53,379 nt of DNA from a virus (taxonomy: Duplodnaviria; Caudoviricetes). The DNA is taken from the IMG/VR virus record IMGVR_UViG_3300027801_000030, positions 1-53,379 of that record. One strand, given 5' to 3'. A program made the position numbers and the translations under genes. Each line of letters begins with the position of its first letter. Position 1 is the stretch's first letter. The notes beneath the pieces were generated by a model. The model made no database searches. It saw only the letters and a list, made by a program, of their open reading frames with translations, and was not told where the DNA came from. Positions 10,680 to 20,856 of this stretch are shown here, in pieces.

Positions 10680-11024
10680 TTAACTTACAACTAAGCCTGT
10701 ACCTAAAGTAACTGTAGCGCCACTAAAATCGTAACTGTTAGCAACCTGAGTACCAATTGCTCTTAATTGTACTTGAACAGATGCCGCATCAAATTGACTT
10801 CCATCAACTATCGCATGAACTTGTCCTGCGGCGGCGGTTGGGATAACATACATTAGAGGTTGTAAAACTCCTAATGTTCGTTCAACTGCTTCACCATATG
10901 CATCGTCTTCTGCTTGAAGGTCTGCGCCTGTGTCAACTAAAACTGCTACAAGGTTATGTCTTGAAATAAGAGTCCCTGTTACAAATTCGGCAACACCGGA
11001 TCCTGATCCTTTTGTTTGTGCCAT
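10680..11024 (-). CDS. small virion structural protein (possible capsid decoration)
   Basis: 114 aa Ala/Val/Gly-rich, strong SD, own late promoter motifs (11041-11048, 11073-11080) and terminator. Confidence 0.5.
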   Translation of the reverse strand: MAQTKGSGSGVAEFVTGTLISRHNLVAVLVDTGADLQAEDDAYGEAVERTLGVLQPLMYVIPTAAAGQVHAIVDGSQFDAASVQVQLRAIGTQVANSYDFSGATVTLGTGLVVS

Positions 11025-11071
11025 TTTTATTCTCCTGAATTATTTATGAGCAAATTATTTGCTCTATGTTA

Positions 11072-11557
11072 TTATTTATCACTCTTGCCTAAAATTTTGA
11101 GTAGTTCGTTGCGATTAAGCGAAGTTGCACTGAATCCAGCTTCACCATCTTTACTTTTTACCCTGTGATCTAGGCTAGCTTTTTTTAGCATTAAATCTAC
11201 TTGCTTTAATTTTCTATTAATTTTACTGTCTTTAGCCTCTAATGCAATTTTTAACATGTTTGCCGCATTGTTAAATACACTACCAGCCGCCATATCAGTC
11301 ATGTTCATACCAAGACTCATTAACTGCTCGTAACTTTCGATTGCCTGGAGAGCAAGATCATCCATTTCTTTATCATGATGTTCCATTCCTCTTACTTCAG
11401 CTAACGCATTATTAATTTTTTCACTAACACTTATTGCATCTTCTACAGTTTGTATAGTAATAGCGGGTTCAATAGGAGTTTTGACTTCTTGTGATTGAGC
11501 GTCTAAGGCTTCTTCTATTGGCGGGAGATTAAATTCTTCTTCAAGTTTCTTGGTCAT
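11072..11557 (-). CDS. putative terminase small subunit (gp16-like)
   Basis: 161-aa helical protein with central coiled-coil hairpin and C-terminal RNELLK; near gp4 and gp17. Confidence 0.5.
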   Translation of the reverse strand: MTKKLEEEFNLPPIEEALDAQSQEVKTPIEPAITIQTVEDAISVSEKINNALAEVRGMEHHDKEMDDLALQAIESYEQLMSLGMNMTDMAAGSVFNNAANMLKIALEAKDSKINRKLKQVDLMLKKASLDHRVKSKDGEAGFSATSLNRNELLKILGKSDK

Positions 11558-11570
11558 ACTACTATTTATA

Positions 11571-12305
11571 TTATTTTTGTAGTATGTCTAATAAAAATGA
11601 TTCATGAAGATCAATAATTTGTTCTGATATTGCTTTTTGTTCGTGAGGGAAAAGATGGTTAGAATGTCGTTTTTCTGGACTCTCATACATATCACCTGGT
11701 AATTTAATATCCATAATTCGAGTATTATTATTATTGTCTAAAAACAAACTTGAGTCTAGTTCACGGCATTCTGTACGAATAAAAAGAATTTTGATTCCTC
11801 GATTTTTACACACATTTACTAGAAAATTTAGATATGCATAACTATCATAATATTTTTTATAAGTAGGTTGGGATAGAAAATACTCATAGGCTATAGCGTT
11901 TTCGTTTTCAGGATAATGCACATTTAAGATTTCTCTATTATTAAAGAAATGCGGATCATCGTAGCCTTTGTCTGCATAATGATAGTTACCAGTTGCTTTA
12001 AGAGAATACATTATTCTAACACTTGCTGTTAAGTAAAAAAATAAAAACTTTACATCGTTATGATTAGTAATATGGTGTATAACTTTAGCTACAGTGGCAT
12101 CTATACTAGCACCCTCCCAACCCAAAGAAGTTCCAGGAGTATTATATTTCTTCATTAGTAATTCTACTGCACTTAGTCCCGGTGCGCCGTCCAAATTAAT
12201 GCGTTTTTTATTTTTGCCGTTTTGATTGTTACTGACTTCGCTGGCAGTATATTGTCCTAAGGGAGTAGTAAATTTACTGAAGCTATCGCCGCCGCATAGA
12301 ATCAT
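11571..12305 (-). CDS. SGNH/GDSL-like hypothetical protein
   Basis: N-terminal GGDSFS, later G.S and C-terminal NH motif; lower GC than its neighbours. Confidence 0.5.
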   Translation of the reverse strand: MILCGGDSFSKFTTPLGQYTASEVSNNQNGKNKKRINLDGAPGLSAVELLMKKYNTPGTSLGWEGASIDATVAKVIHHITNHNDVKFLFFYLTASVRIMYSLKATGNYHYADKGYDDPHFFNNREILNVHYPENENAIAYEYFLSQPTYKKYYDSYAYLNFLVNVCKNRGIKILFIRTECRELDSSLFLDNNNNTRIMDIKLPGDMYESPEKRHSNHLFPHEQKAISEQIIDLHESFLLDILQK

Positions 12306-12308
12306 CTA

Positions 12309-12782
12309 TTAGACTCTTTTCTTAGCAATACGCTTTTTTGGATTACGTTTTTTCTTTGTTTGAAATATTTGATCTTCGTTAATTACTTTAAATCTTATGC
12401 CTTTGCGTTTGCACCACTCTTGTGCGGCAGTCCACTTAGCGGCATTAATGGCTACTTGGATTTGATTCCTTGAACTCTTAGCATTTTCCATTGTTGTTTG
12501 ATTGCTAGGCTTAATTTCTATAAGCTCAACATGTGTTTGTCCACTTCTATCAGTGTATTGTATCATAAAGTCCGGGGTATAGTTGTGGTACTTGCCATCC
12601 ATTGGACTTCTATAAGGTATTTTAACGTTTTCACTTGCCCATTTAATTATATTTGGGTGTGAGTCGCACATTTTCATGAAGGCTAATTCCCAACTACTTC
12701 TATAAGTTGGATTTTTACCACCTATATACTTAGTACGGTTTTCAACAAGGTATTGACCGCTTGCAAATTTCTTGCCGTTCAT
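12309..12782 (-). CDS. gp4: head completion nuclease (T4 gp4-like, TnsA-type endonuclease fold)
   Basis: YRSSWE, WASE...IPY, YTPDF, EIKP, NAAKW.AA. Confidence 0.9.
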   Translation of the reverse strand: MNGKKFASGQYLVENRTKYIGGKNPTYRSSWELAFMKMCDSHPNIIKWASENVKIPYRSPMDGKYHNYTPDFMIQYTDRSGQTHVELIEIKPSNQTTMENAKSSRNQIQVAINAAKWTAAQEWCKRKGIRFKVINEDQIFQTKKKRNPKKRIAKKRV

Positions 12783-13213
12783 GGCTGGATGATATTACTG
12801 AATCTAGTGTTTGCTGAATTTTTAATTGCAGTTGTAATACTTACTCTGTTTCCTGTAGGTCTTATGTTGTTCATAGCATCATACCCATCTTGTGTTAACT
12901 TAATTGCTGAGTCTGGATCATCAAAATATACTAACGGGCTAAGTTGTTCTGATTCCGCAACTGCTAATAAAACTTTTGCCATTGTTAATGCCTTAGGCTT
13001 TTTGAATCCTGCAACTATTAACTTTTGTGTTACTTGATCATATAACGCACCGTCTATTGACCCAGTAGTAGAGACATAACCGGCAAGAATGTCGGAAGCC
13101 GCTTCTGGTAAAGGAAAATCAATTGTACTGTTTACTAAGTATGTTCTGATTGTGCCTTCATCGATTCGATATTTTATGTCATTACCGAACGTATCGTATA
13201 AACTTGTTGCCAT
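12779..13213 (-). CDS. hypothetical (probable virion) protein
   Basis: ORF coupled to gp4 within the tail operon. Confidence 0.6.
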   Translation of the reverse strand: MATSLYDTFGNDIKYRIDEGTIRTYLVNSTIDFPLPEAASDILAGYVSTTGSIDGALYDQVTQKLIVAGFKKPKALTMAKVLLAVAESEQLSPLVYFDDPDSAIKLTQDGYDAMNNIRPTGNRVSITTAIKNSANTRFSNIIQP

Positions 13214-13230
13214 TATCTATAATCCTACCA

Positions 13231-14373
13231 TTATGGTGTTTTAATTTGGTCTTCTGAACTTACATTCTCATTAATTGCTTCGCCGACCGCAGTTGATACT
13301 TTTGCAACAGCCGTTGATACTATAGCGTCTTTAACATTTTGTCCACGTAAAACTGCTGATAAGGCTGAGTCCGCAACATCACCTAATATGTCTTTAAATA
13401 TACTACCAGAGGAATCTTTTGCGCCTGCCGAACGAGTACCTGTATTTGATGCGGCATAAGTTGCTTCTTCAGCCGATCTAGCAATGGTCTCTGTATCAGG
13501 GTTACCAGGAGTCGTAGTATAGGCTGGCTGAGCAGAACGGTCTCTCTTATCAGCATCTTCTGTGCCTAATAATTTCAACGTTCGTGAAGTTTTCATAACT
13601 TCCGGTAAGTCTTCTTCAAATAAATCACCTGACAATTGAGCTATACTTTCAAATCTACTGAGATCTTCGTCGCCTAAAGCAAAGTTAAGTTCATTGAATA
13701 CCGTAAATCTTTCGTATTCGAACTCCATAGAAAACTCTTGTACCTCACTAGAAGAATAATCAATGCCACCTGGTTTAAAATTTGTCATTACTGGATTAAA
13801 AATACTATACTGTACTCCTTTCCTGCCATGATACAACACATAGTCTATGCGTTCAAAAAATTGTGCTGAAGCATTTAAGTTATAACCTGTCGCATTAGAA
13901 TCAAAACCGTCCTTCATATTGACTAGTCCGCCTTCTCTACCTCGATGACCTGCTATATCTCGGTCATCGCCTTTTTGCAAATTACGAGGGTCCATAAAGT
14001 GATAAGAGAAATATTTCATAAGTGTAGTTAACCACTCATTGCCTACTGTGTCAAACACCGTTATTCCTACTGGGTTATATGTAACACCTGTATTAACTAT
14101 TTTTTTCTTGTTGTATTGATTTTTAGTTTCTGTCTGAAATACAACAGAAGGTAAATCAGCAGTTCTAATTAAACTGCTGATCTCTTTTCTAAAATTGTGG
14201 GTATCTTTAAATTTATCGAATATGTCTCTGTTAAGAATAAAATTTACATATCCTTCAAACTTCTGCCTCGGCGGATTAACACCTGGTACGAGTTGCGACG
14301 CATTTCGGAAGTCCCTTACAAGGAACTTCTTACTGCCGTTTTCGCCGAGAAGATCTAAAAAATCTATGCCCAT
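13231..14373 (-). CDS. tail tube-fold protein (gp54/gp19-like tube initiator)
   Basis: ADLPS..F....NQYN...Y.PV.IT..D and F..EFEYE tube-fold motifs; directly downstream of the tail tube gene. Confidence 0.7.
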   Translation of the reverse strand: MGIDFLDLLGENGSKKFLVRDFRNASQLVPGVNPPRQKFEGYVNFILNRDIFDKFKDTHNFRKEISSLIRTADLPSVVFQTETKNQYNKKKIVNTGVTYNPVGITVFDTVGNEWLTTLMKYFSYHFMDPRNLQKGDDRDIAGHRGREGGLVNMKDGFDSNATGYNLNASAQFFERIDYVLYHGRKGVQYSIFNPVMTNFKPGGIDYSSSEVQEFSMEFEYERFTVFNELNFALGDEDLSRFESIAQLSGDLFEEDLPEVMKTSRTLKLLGTEDADKRDRSAQPAYTTTPGNPDTETIARSAEEATYAASNTGTRSAGAKDSSGSIFKDILGDVADSALSAVLRGQNVKDAIVSTAVAKVSTAVGEAINENVSSEDQIKTP

Positions 14374-14397
14374 GGTTGACTCCCCATAGAGCTAATA

Positions 14398-15015
14398 TTA
14401 CGCTCTAAGTGTTGATTCGCCAGCCGCCGGTGCTGGGCTCAATGCCGAACCGTCTACATCATATTGAGTGGCGTTATCATACTTAATTGACATAATGATT
14501 TGAACTGGATCTGTTGCAGTATAGTCTTGATCAGTGTAGTCAACGTTAGTAAGGAAACATCCTTCTAATATCCAATATTCAGTTGCTTCAGTTGAACTAC
14601 CATCTAACACTTCAATCGCTGTTTGGAACTTATAGTCTGATCCGGCGGATGGAGCTGTTTGTTGGAAGTGGTTGAACTGTCTTTGTAACTGTCTACCGAT
14701 TGCTTTTGATGTACCGTTAGTCATATCATCCCTTACAGTAACAGTAATAGGATCCCAAGTATGTTTACCTTGGATATATACTCTTGAATTGTAAGAATCG
14801 ATAACAACTTCTTCATGAGTAATTTTTGGTCTAACTACTGATTGTACGTTTTGTGTAATAACTAAGTTATCACCTGCAACAGCACCACCGAAGCCTTCTA
14901 AAAATGTAACCCTGAATCGATACTTTAGTTTTGGCATTAATATGCCTGTTCCGGTAGTACTGTCGCCTGTCGGTACTCCGAACTTGTTTAATGTTGGTAT
15001 AGCTTCTAGTGCCAT
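14398..15015 (-). CDS. gp19: tail tube protein
   Basis: PKLKYRFRVTF, GKHTWDPITVTVRDD, W.LEGCF, I.YD; follows the sheath gene. Confidence 0.85.
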   Translation of the reverse strand: MALEAIPTLNKFGVPTGDSTTGTGILMPKLKYRFRVTFLEGFGGAVAGDNLVITQNVQSVVRPKITHEEVVIDSYNSRVYIQGKHTWDPITVTVRDDMTNGTSKAIGRQLQRQFNHFQQTAPSAGSDYKFQTAIEVLDGSSTEATEYWILEGCFLTNVDYTDQDYTATDPVQIIMSIKYDNATQYDVDGSALSPAPAAGESTLRA

Positions 15016-15114
15016 TGTATTCTCCTACGTTAATAAAATAATAACGATTATCGTTTATATGCAGATATTTATCACTTTTTGCAAAAAATAGTTAAAGTAT
15101 GTTATTATAACCAC

Positions 15115-15141
15115 AAAAAAAGGCGCCCAGTGACGCCTTTT
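15115..15141. terminator. Rho-independent terminator
   Basis: AAAAAAAGGCG-CCCAGTGA-CGCCTTTT. Confidence 0.7.
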
Positions 15142-15164
15142 AGTGTTTTACTGTAAAGTTTAAC

Positions 15165-17984
15165 TTATGCAGTCGAACCAAGAGTATTTTGTACTCTGAT
15201 CGGTATGTAAATAAACTCGATTGCTTTGATAGGCTGTATAGCAATATCAATATGCAATTCGTTTCTATCAATCCTTTCAGCGGTGTTATTTGTAGTGTCA
15301 CAAACTGTAACAAAGTCAAATAAACCTCTTTGAGTAACAAGATTTGATAAGAATCTATCTACTATTGCTTTAGCATCTGCTCTTGTTGACGCATCGTTTG
15401 GTTCAAACAAGAATGGCTTAACCATATCGTCAAGTCTTTCTCTTATGTAAACAACTAAACGTGCAACGTTAACTCTGTCTAAAGCACTTACTGTAGGGCT
15501 TAAAGTCTTTTGTCCAAATACACTAATTCCTTTTCCAGGGAAGTTAGCAACTGGATTAACCTTATTAGTATATAAGGCGTCTCGTTGACCTTCGTTCAAT
15601 GAAACTGCTTTAAATGATCCTGTTTTTCTATCAACATAACCAGTTGAGGTAGCGTTACTAACAGCACCTCTTTGGAAACCAGCTGGGGCAAACCAAGGGA
15701 AAGCAACCTGATCGTTATACGCTAATGTGCGTAAAGCAATCGAACTAGAAGGAATAACAATGTTAGTTCCGTCTAAATTAGTTGACATACCATGTGGGTA
15801 GTAAACAGCCGCGTATGCTGATCCACTTACTAGTCCATCTTCACCGTTTGCTGTTGCAACTGCTGAGTTCTTAGCCCATGCTTGAGTTGAGGTTGAGTCA
15901 CTTGCTAATCCTAAAGGAGCGTCTGCAATAACAAATGCTGTTTCCTTACGATCAGTGTTTAATGTAATCATCTCATCTAAACATTCTGCGTATCCAGGAC
16001 ATGCAATTAGATTGAACCTATTTGTTTCATTTCTAATGTCTTGGTTTGCAGTTAGTGATGCCTGTAATGCTGTAACAACAGCACCCCTTTGTGCTTTTCT
16101 AAGCATTTTAGGTGAACCATCAGCAAAGTTACCACTGTTATCTTCCCATCTAGTGTTAGTTGTTGAATACTTCTTAACATTGCCACCTGATAAACGTTTG
16201 TTCCAACCTAATATACCTAAAGGATATAAAGCAGGATTAGGACAATCAGTGTCCATTGCAACGCCGGCGCCTTGTGTTATAGCAGATCTCATGTCAGCAA
16301 ATATAATTCCTGCTGATGATGTTTTGTCGATGTTCGAAACTAATACCCATCTAGAACCTGCCGCTAAAGCTGAGTTGTACTTGTAGATTTTAGGATAGCT
16401 TTCTAAATCGCTACTATCAATCCATAAGTCACCAGTTACAAGTGAACCTTTATCGCTTTGTACTGTTGGCTCTGTAGCCGCAATGTTTACATCAAATGCA
16501 TATGATTGCCACTTACTGTCAGAACCTTTATAAACAAAATCAATGTTTGTATTATCAACTAAGTTGTCATACCACAATGTATTATTTGCTAAAGTTCCTG
16601 TAGGTGCTGTTGCACTTGAAGTGAAACTCAAGTCTCCCCAGTTACTGTTAGTTTCTGACAGATTTAAATCTGCCGCATTAAAGCCTGAAACAGTACCAGC
16701 AACAATATTAATGTCTGTGCCTGCACTATTAACTAGTGTGACTTTACCAGAAACATTTGAACATGTTATTTTATCTGCCTGTGTATTTACAGCGTTAGCG
16801 CCACTCAAAGCTGAGTTAATCGCTTGTACCATATCATCAATACTTAGATTGCCATCTGAATCGCTATCAAAGTTATACATAGTTACATTAACATATCCAC
16901 TTGCGCCATTAACAGCAAATCTGTCGTTAATGTTAAGTTTAAGTGCAACAGAACCATTAACGTGGCCTGTATATGTTGTAGTTGTATCGGCAATTGCCGC
17001 AGAACTTGAGATAGTTAATGTAGATGCACCACTGTGCCTCTTAAGATTAACTACTGCTGTGTCTGAATTGTACTTGTACCATAAAGATCCAACTGCTGGA
17101 GCACCACTGTAATCAGTGTATGCTTCATGAGAATACTTTCTGTAAGAAGCAAGTTGTGTTGTCCATGCTTTAGTAGTTGAGCTATAAAGTTTTAAACCAA
17201 GAACTGAACCACTGTTCAATGTGTTAGTTTGTAAGTATAAATCACCTGCCGCTAATGATCCGCCGCCACTTTTAGTAGTTGGAACATTAGTATGTCTAGC
17301 AATTTGGAAGTCGCCACTTGTAGCTGAATCCCAACCTGAACTGCCAATCTCATGCCATGCACCTGAAACCTTTTCATAAAGTTTGATGTTTGCCATAGTA
17401 ACGCCAGCACTTGTTTGGTATACAACAGCATAATTGCCATTCACGCCAACACTAGCTTTAGGTGCCGGAGCGGCGCCTGAAGTTACTTGATCTTTATTTG
17501 GTGATAAAGTTGCTTTAATTGCCCATGCAGAACCAGACCATTCTTTAAGACCCCAAGTTGTTGCACTTGAGTCTAACCAGTATGAACCGTTTGATGGAGC
17601 CGCTGTTGGAGCCGTTGTTGAACCAGTAAGTTCTGACAAGTCAATATCAGCTCTAAGGACGTATGCTCTATTGGCAATTCCTAAGAAACTGTATGCCGCT
17701 TGTAAGCCATACTCGTTAAGTTCGTCTCCGTGTAAAGGTGTTGCCCCGCTTTTTCTAAAATCAGGGTTACCGTAGTTTGTAAGTAATTCTCTTTGGCTAT
17801 TGACTAAATATACGTTTCCAGTGTTTGCTTGAGTAGTATATGAAGCAGTTGTAGAACCATCCGGGGCGGTTTTATTTTCTGCTGTTGCAATAACAATAAG
17901 AGGTACTGTGCCTGTGCCAGCCGCCGCGTAAAAACTTTCGTCTGTTACGGTAATGCTAACTCCAGGTGAGGTTAATGTAGCCAT
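15165..17984 (-). CDS. gp18: contractile tail sheath protein
   Basis: N-terminal SPGV...DES, PWFAPAG..RG, FGQKTL...SALDRVNV.RL, FEPND, IEFIYI. Confidence 0.95.
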   Translation of the reverse strand: MATLTSPGVSITVTDESFYAAAGTGTVPLIVIATAENKTAPDGSTTASYTTQANTGNVYLVNSQRELLTNYGNPDFRKSGATPLHGDELNEYGLQAAYSFLGIANRAYVLRADIDLSELTGSTTAPTAAPSNGSYWLDSSATTWGLKEWSGSAWAIKATLSPNKDQVTSGAAPAPKASVGVNGNYAVVYQTSAGVTMANIKLYEKVSGAWHEIGSSGWDSATSGDFQIARHTNVPTTKSGGGSLAAGDLYLQTNTLNSGSVLGLKLYSSTTKAWTTQLASYRKYSHEAYTDYSGAPAVGSLWYKYNSDTAVVNLKRHSGASTLTISSSAAIADTTTTYTGHVNGSVALKLNINDRFAVNGASGYVNVTMYNFDSDSDGNLSIDDMVQAINSALSGANAVNTQADKITCSNVSGKVTLVNSAGTDINIVAGTVSGFNAADLNLSETNSNWGDLSFTSSATAPTGTLANNTLWYDNLVDNTNIDFVYKGSDSKWQSYAFDVNIAATEPTVQSDKGSLVTGDLWIDSSDLESYPKIYKYNSALAAGSRWVLVSNIDKTSSAGIIFADMRSAITQGAGVAMDTDCPNPALYPLGILGWNKRLSGGNVKKYSTTNTRWEDNSGNFADGSPKMLRKAQRGAVVTALQASLTANQDIRNETNRFNLIACPGYAECLDEMITLNTDRKETAFVIADAPLGLASDSTSTQAWAKNSAVATANGEDGLVSGSAYAAVYYPHGMSTNLDGTNIVIPSSSIALRTLAYNDQVAFPWFAPAGFQRGAVSNATSTGYVDRKTGSFKAVSLNEGQRDALYTNKVNPVANFPGKGISVFGQKTLSPTVSALDRVNVARLVVYIRERLDDMVKPFLFEPNDASTRADAKAIVDRFLSNLVTQRGLFDFVTVCDTTNNTAERIDRNELHIDIAIQPIKAIEFIYIPIRVQNTLGSTA

Positions 17985-18104
17985 ATTGTTCTCCCATTTA
18001 TATATAATTTGTTATGGATACATGTATTTATGATAAATCAGATATTAGGCGGTATTATAGAATATTGGGTGTTGTAATAAAAGGGGTTCTAGATAAATAG
18101 ACCT

Positions 18105-18773
18105 TCACACACTATAAAGGCGTGTAGGCTGGTTATTATCCATATCTAGTCGAATTTTAGCAACTTGCTCAGTTAAATTGTCTAAAGTATCATTGTTGCT
18201 TATGATATAATCTACTGGATGACCAACCCAGTTCCATTCACTTTCGTGGACGCTTTTATAACGAGTTTGCATAATCTTTCTATTTACAGCATTTTCGTGT
18301 GCCGTTTTTGCAATGTCATACCAGTCTGGTAGCTCGCCACGTTGTACCCAAACAACAAAACCATTCATTGACTTAACTAATGATAGTTCATTGCGGAATC
18401 TTGCATCACTAACAACTACACAAGGTTGCTCAGTATGTCTCTTCCTCAGTCTATATTCTAAACTGTTAAGCCAAATGTCTTCATGAAAATGATTGCGGAG
18501 TACTTCTGTACCCATGAGTTGTAATGCTAGGCGGGGAGTAAAATTATCTATGTTTAATTTCTTAGTCCAATATAAGTCAGGTGTTTCTCTAAAGTCTCGG
18601 CTCTCAATTGTTTCGCCTGCTAACAAGTGTCTATCCCAACCAAAAATTGTTGAGCATAAATCTTTAAGAGGTGCGGCAAAACTGTCTTGTACGCAACCAT
18701 GATTCTCAACGAACATGTTTGCTACCGTGTCTTTTCCAGAACCTATAAAACCAACCAATCCAATAATGTTCAT
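18105..18773 (-). CDS. gp1: deoxynucleoside monophosphate kinase
   Basis: IIGLVGFIGSGKDT, SFAAPLK, TPRLALQLMGTE, SDARF.NE, H.SE. Confidence 0.9.
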   Translation of the reverse strand: MNIIGLVGFIGSGKDTVANMFVENHGCVQDSFAAPLKDLCSTIFGWDRHLLAGETIESRDFRETPDLYWTKKLNIDNFTPRLALQLMGTEVLRNHFHEDIWLNSLEYRLRKRHTEQPCVVVSDARFRNELSLVKSMNGFVVWVQRGELPDWYDIAKTAHENAVNRKIMQTRYKSVHESEWNWVGHPVDYIISNNDTLDNLTEQVAKIRLDMDNNQPTRLYSV

Positions 18774-18813
18774 ACTGTGCCCTGTTTATGTGTGCTAGTG
18801 ATAAAAATAAAAG

Positions 18814-19575
18814 TTAGCCTATTACAAATCCTAAAGGACTATTGCCTTCTTCCATGTTATGTACTGCCATGATAAGAGATTCCAATTCAGCCTGGCCTTC
18901 CTGTTTCATTGCTTCACCGTTTAACACAATGTTGCCGCCTGCTCCTGGAATACCACCCATATATTTACTTCTAGCTTCACCGAGTATTAATTTAGATTGT
19001 GCTAGTGCCCAATCAACTAACCATTTGCCTGCATAAATATCACCTAATAATGTTTTTTCAGGGATAAAGTTATGTACGCCGACTGCAACTTCTTCATCAG
19101 TTTTGATGTTTCGAAGTATTTGTAATACTTTTGTATTTCTATTCCAAAGAAAGTTATATTCACTACCGAATATACGTCCTATTGTTTCTTTGTATTGAGA
19201 GAATGAATCGAATGTTGCTAAACCACCGATTTGGCCTGCATTTAAAAGATACATATTGTTGAATGCTACATCAAATGGATCAAAGTTAGAACCGGTTCCG
19301 GAGTTAGTACCAACCCCTCTACGGTAAAGTCTCTGCACTTCAATAACTTCGTTTGGTAATGTATATTCTGTAACACCGGGTTGTGTTTGAATAAAAATTA
19401 CTGCTTCTTCTACTGCGCCTGAACTAAGTTGTCTATACTTATTTAAAGCTGAGTCAATAGCAATGTCGTAGTGGGCTCTGTCTAATTCCACATCAACGAT
19501 ATCGTCTGCTAACCTAAGTTGCAACTCTCGTACTAGGTCTTCCCTATTATTGTATCCTATTTGATTCTCTGGCAT
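18814..19575 (-). CDS. gp13: neck protein (gp13-like)
   Basis: LRL...VDVELD, ALA.SK..LG..RSKY..IPG.GG...LNG, C-terminal FVIG. Start MPENQ lies 5 nt after a late promoter. Confidence 0.8.
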   Translation of the reverse strand: MPENQIGYNNREDLVRELQLRLADDIVDVELDRAHYDIAIDSALNKYRQLSSGAVEEAVIFIQTQPGVTEYTLPNEVIEVQRLYRRGVGTNSGTGSNFDPFDVAFNNMYLLNAGQIGGLATFDSFSQYKETIGRIFGSEYNFLWNRNTKVLQILRNIKTDEEVAVGVHNFIPEKTLLGDIYAGKWLVDWALAQSKLILGEARSKYMGGIPGAGGNIVLNGEAMKQEGQAELESLIMAVHNMEEGNSPLGFVIG

Positions 19576-19610
19576 AACACTATTTATCACATTTTAGTGA
19601 GTGTTGGTAT

Positions 19611-20765
19611 TTAAAATGACTTTAATATTATCATGTGTTCATTAAATCTACCATTCATTTTGGTGTCTGTAGTTTTAATTTCTTTAAAGTTCTTGTTACA
19701 TGCCGTCTTGGCTCCTGCGAACATTTTAATTTGTTCTTTAGGCTTTCTAAGGGTTTTTTGTACACTTGTCTGTTCACAATAACCGTGAATTGTGGTGCCT
19801 TTAATTGTTATGCCGCCACCTTCTCGTTTCATGCTCTTAGGATCAGGATGTGTAGATTTGTACACTCCTATCTTTCTAGTTTTAGTATTATATGTCCAAC
19901 ATTCGTTACAATAAACAATTTCTGTAGGTGTAATACTTACTAATCCTAACTCTGGAAAATTAATCTTATACTTTAACTTATCAACTATCTTCTCTTTAGA
20001 CCGTGCTTTAGGCTTACGAGCTTTGCGTGTAGTCGCTTTTGTTTTAATAATAGTATCACAAGCCGTATTAATTGCTTCGTGGTACCCTACATACGCTTTA
20101 CGCATTTTAAGATCAAAGTTACTATATGCTTCTTTCAGGTCTTCGTCTTTCCACTCAAGCACTTCTAAAGATTCTTGATAACAATTTGCAAACTCATCTT
20201 TAATAATTTTAGCATGTGGGCCTTTTACTTCTGGCTGGTACGCAATCATCATTGTGTAAGGATCAAAGTCTTTTATTGATTTCTTATTTTCCACTAACTC
20301 ATCTAGAAAGTATTCCATTTCCCCACATAGCTCTGCTACTTGGTCTTTCATACGTTCTTGTATGCTAATTACTCTCTTTGGCTTTTCATCTGTTTTTGCG
20401 GATTTCTCTTCGACAACTTTTTTACCTTGGCTAATCCATTCAGTTTTTCGCTTCTCAACATGCACAAGGGTTGAGTCTGGTATAAAACCTAATTTTTCCC
20501 AAGAATAAAATGTAGTACTAGTTGCGCCAAAGGCGTAATCAGGACATTTAAGTATTGTCTGAATGTCTGCAGGATCCCAACCAGATTTATTTTTAACCCA
20601 TTCTCTTGTTAAAATAATCTTTTCTTTGTCCTTGATCTCTGTTCGCACAAAGTACTGAACATCCTGGTATGCTTTTACCATTGCATCCTGGTCTGTTATG
20701 CCTGCAAATTTCGTCCAGTCTGGTTCAGGCGTGAAGTATACGTTCTTTGCTTTACGTTTTGCCAT
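19611..20765 (-). CDS. conserved hypothetical basic protein
   Basis: 384-aa Lys-rich ORF with C-terminal KTLRKP.EQ and NGRFN motifs; weaker sigma70-like promoter TTGACA-16-TAATAT at 20802-20829. Confidence 0.7.
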   Translation of the reverse strand: MAKRKAKNVYFTPEPDWTKFAGITDQDAMVKAYQDVQYFVRTEIKDKEKIILTREWVKNKSGWDPADIQTILKCPDYAFGATSTTFYSWEKLGFIPDSTLVHVEKRKTEWISQGKKVVEEKSAKTDEKPKRVISIQERMKDQVAELCGEMEYFLDELVENKKSIKDFDPYTMMIAYQPEVKGPHAKIIKDEFANCYQESLEVLEWKDEDLKEAYSNFDLKMRKAYVGYHEAINTACDTIIKTKATTRKARKPKARSKEKIVDKLKYKINFPELGLVSITPTEIVYCNECWTYNTKTRKIGVYKSTHPDPKSMKREGGGITIKGTTIHGYCEQTSVQKTLRKPKEQIKMFAGAKTACNKNFKEIKTTDTKMNGRFNEHMIILKSF

Positions 20766-20856
20766 GTTTATAGAGTTCCTTAGTGAAGCGATATGTTAAA
20801 CATATTAACACATCTTTTAATGCTGTCAACTACTATATATAAAAATGATGCAAAAA

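Noticed and set aside
12309-12782. TnsA-like nuclease as a transposon or homing endonuclease
   Set aside because: Motifs and context match the core T4 gp4 head completion protein; no transposon ends or partner genes.
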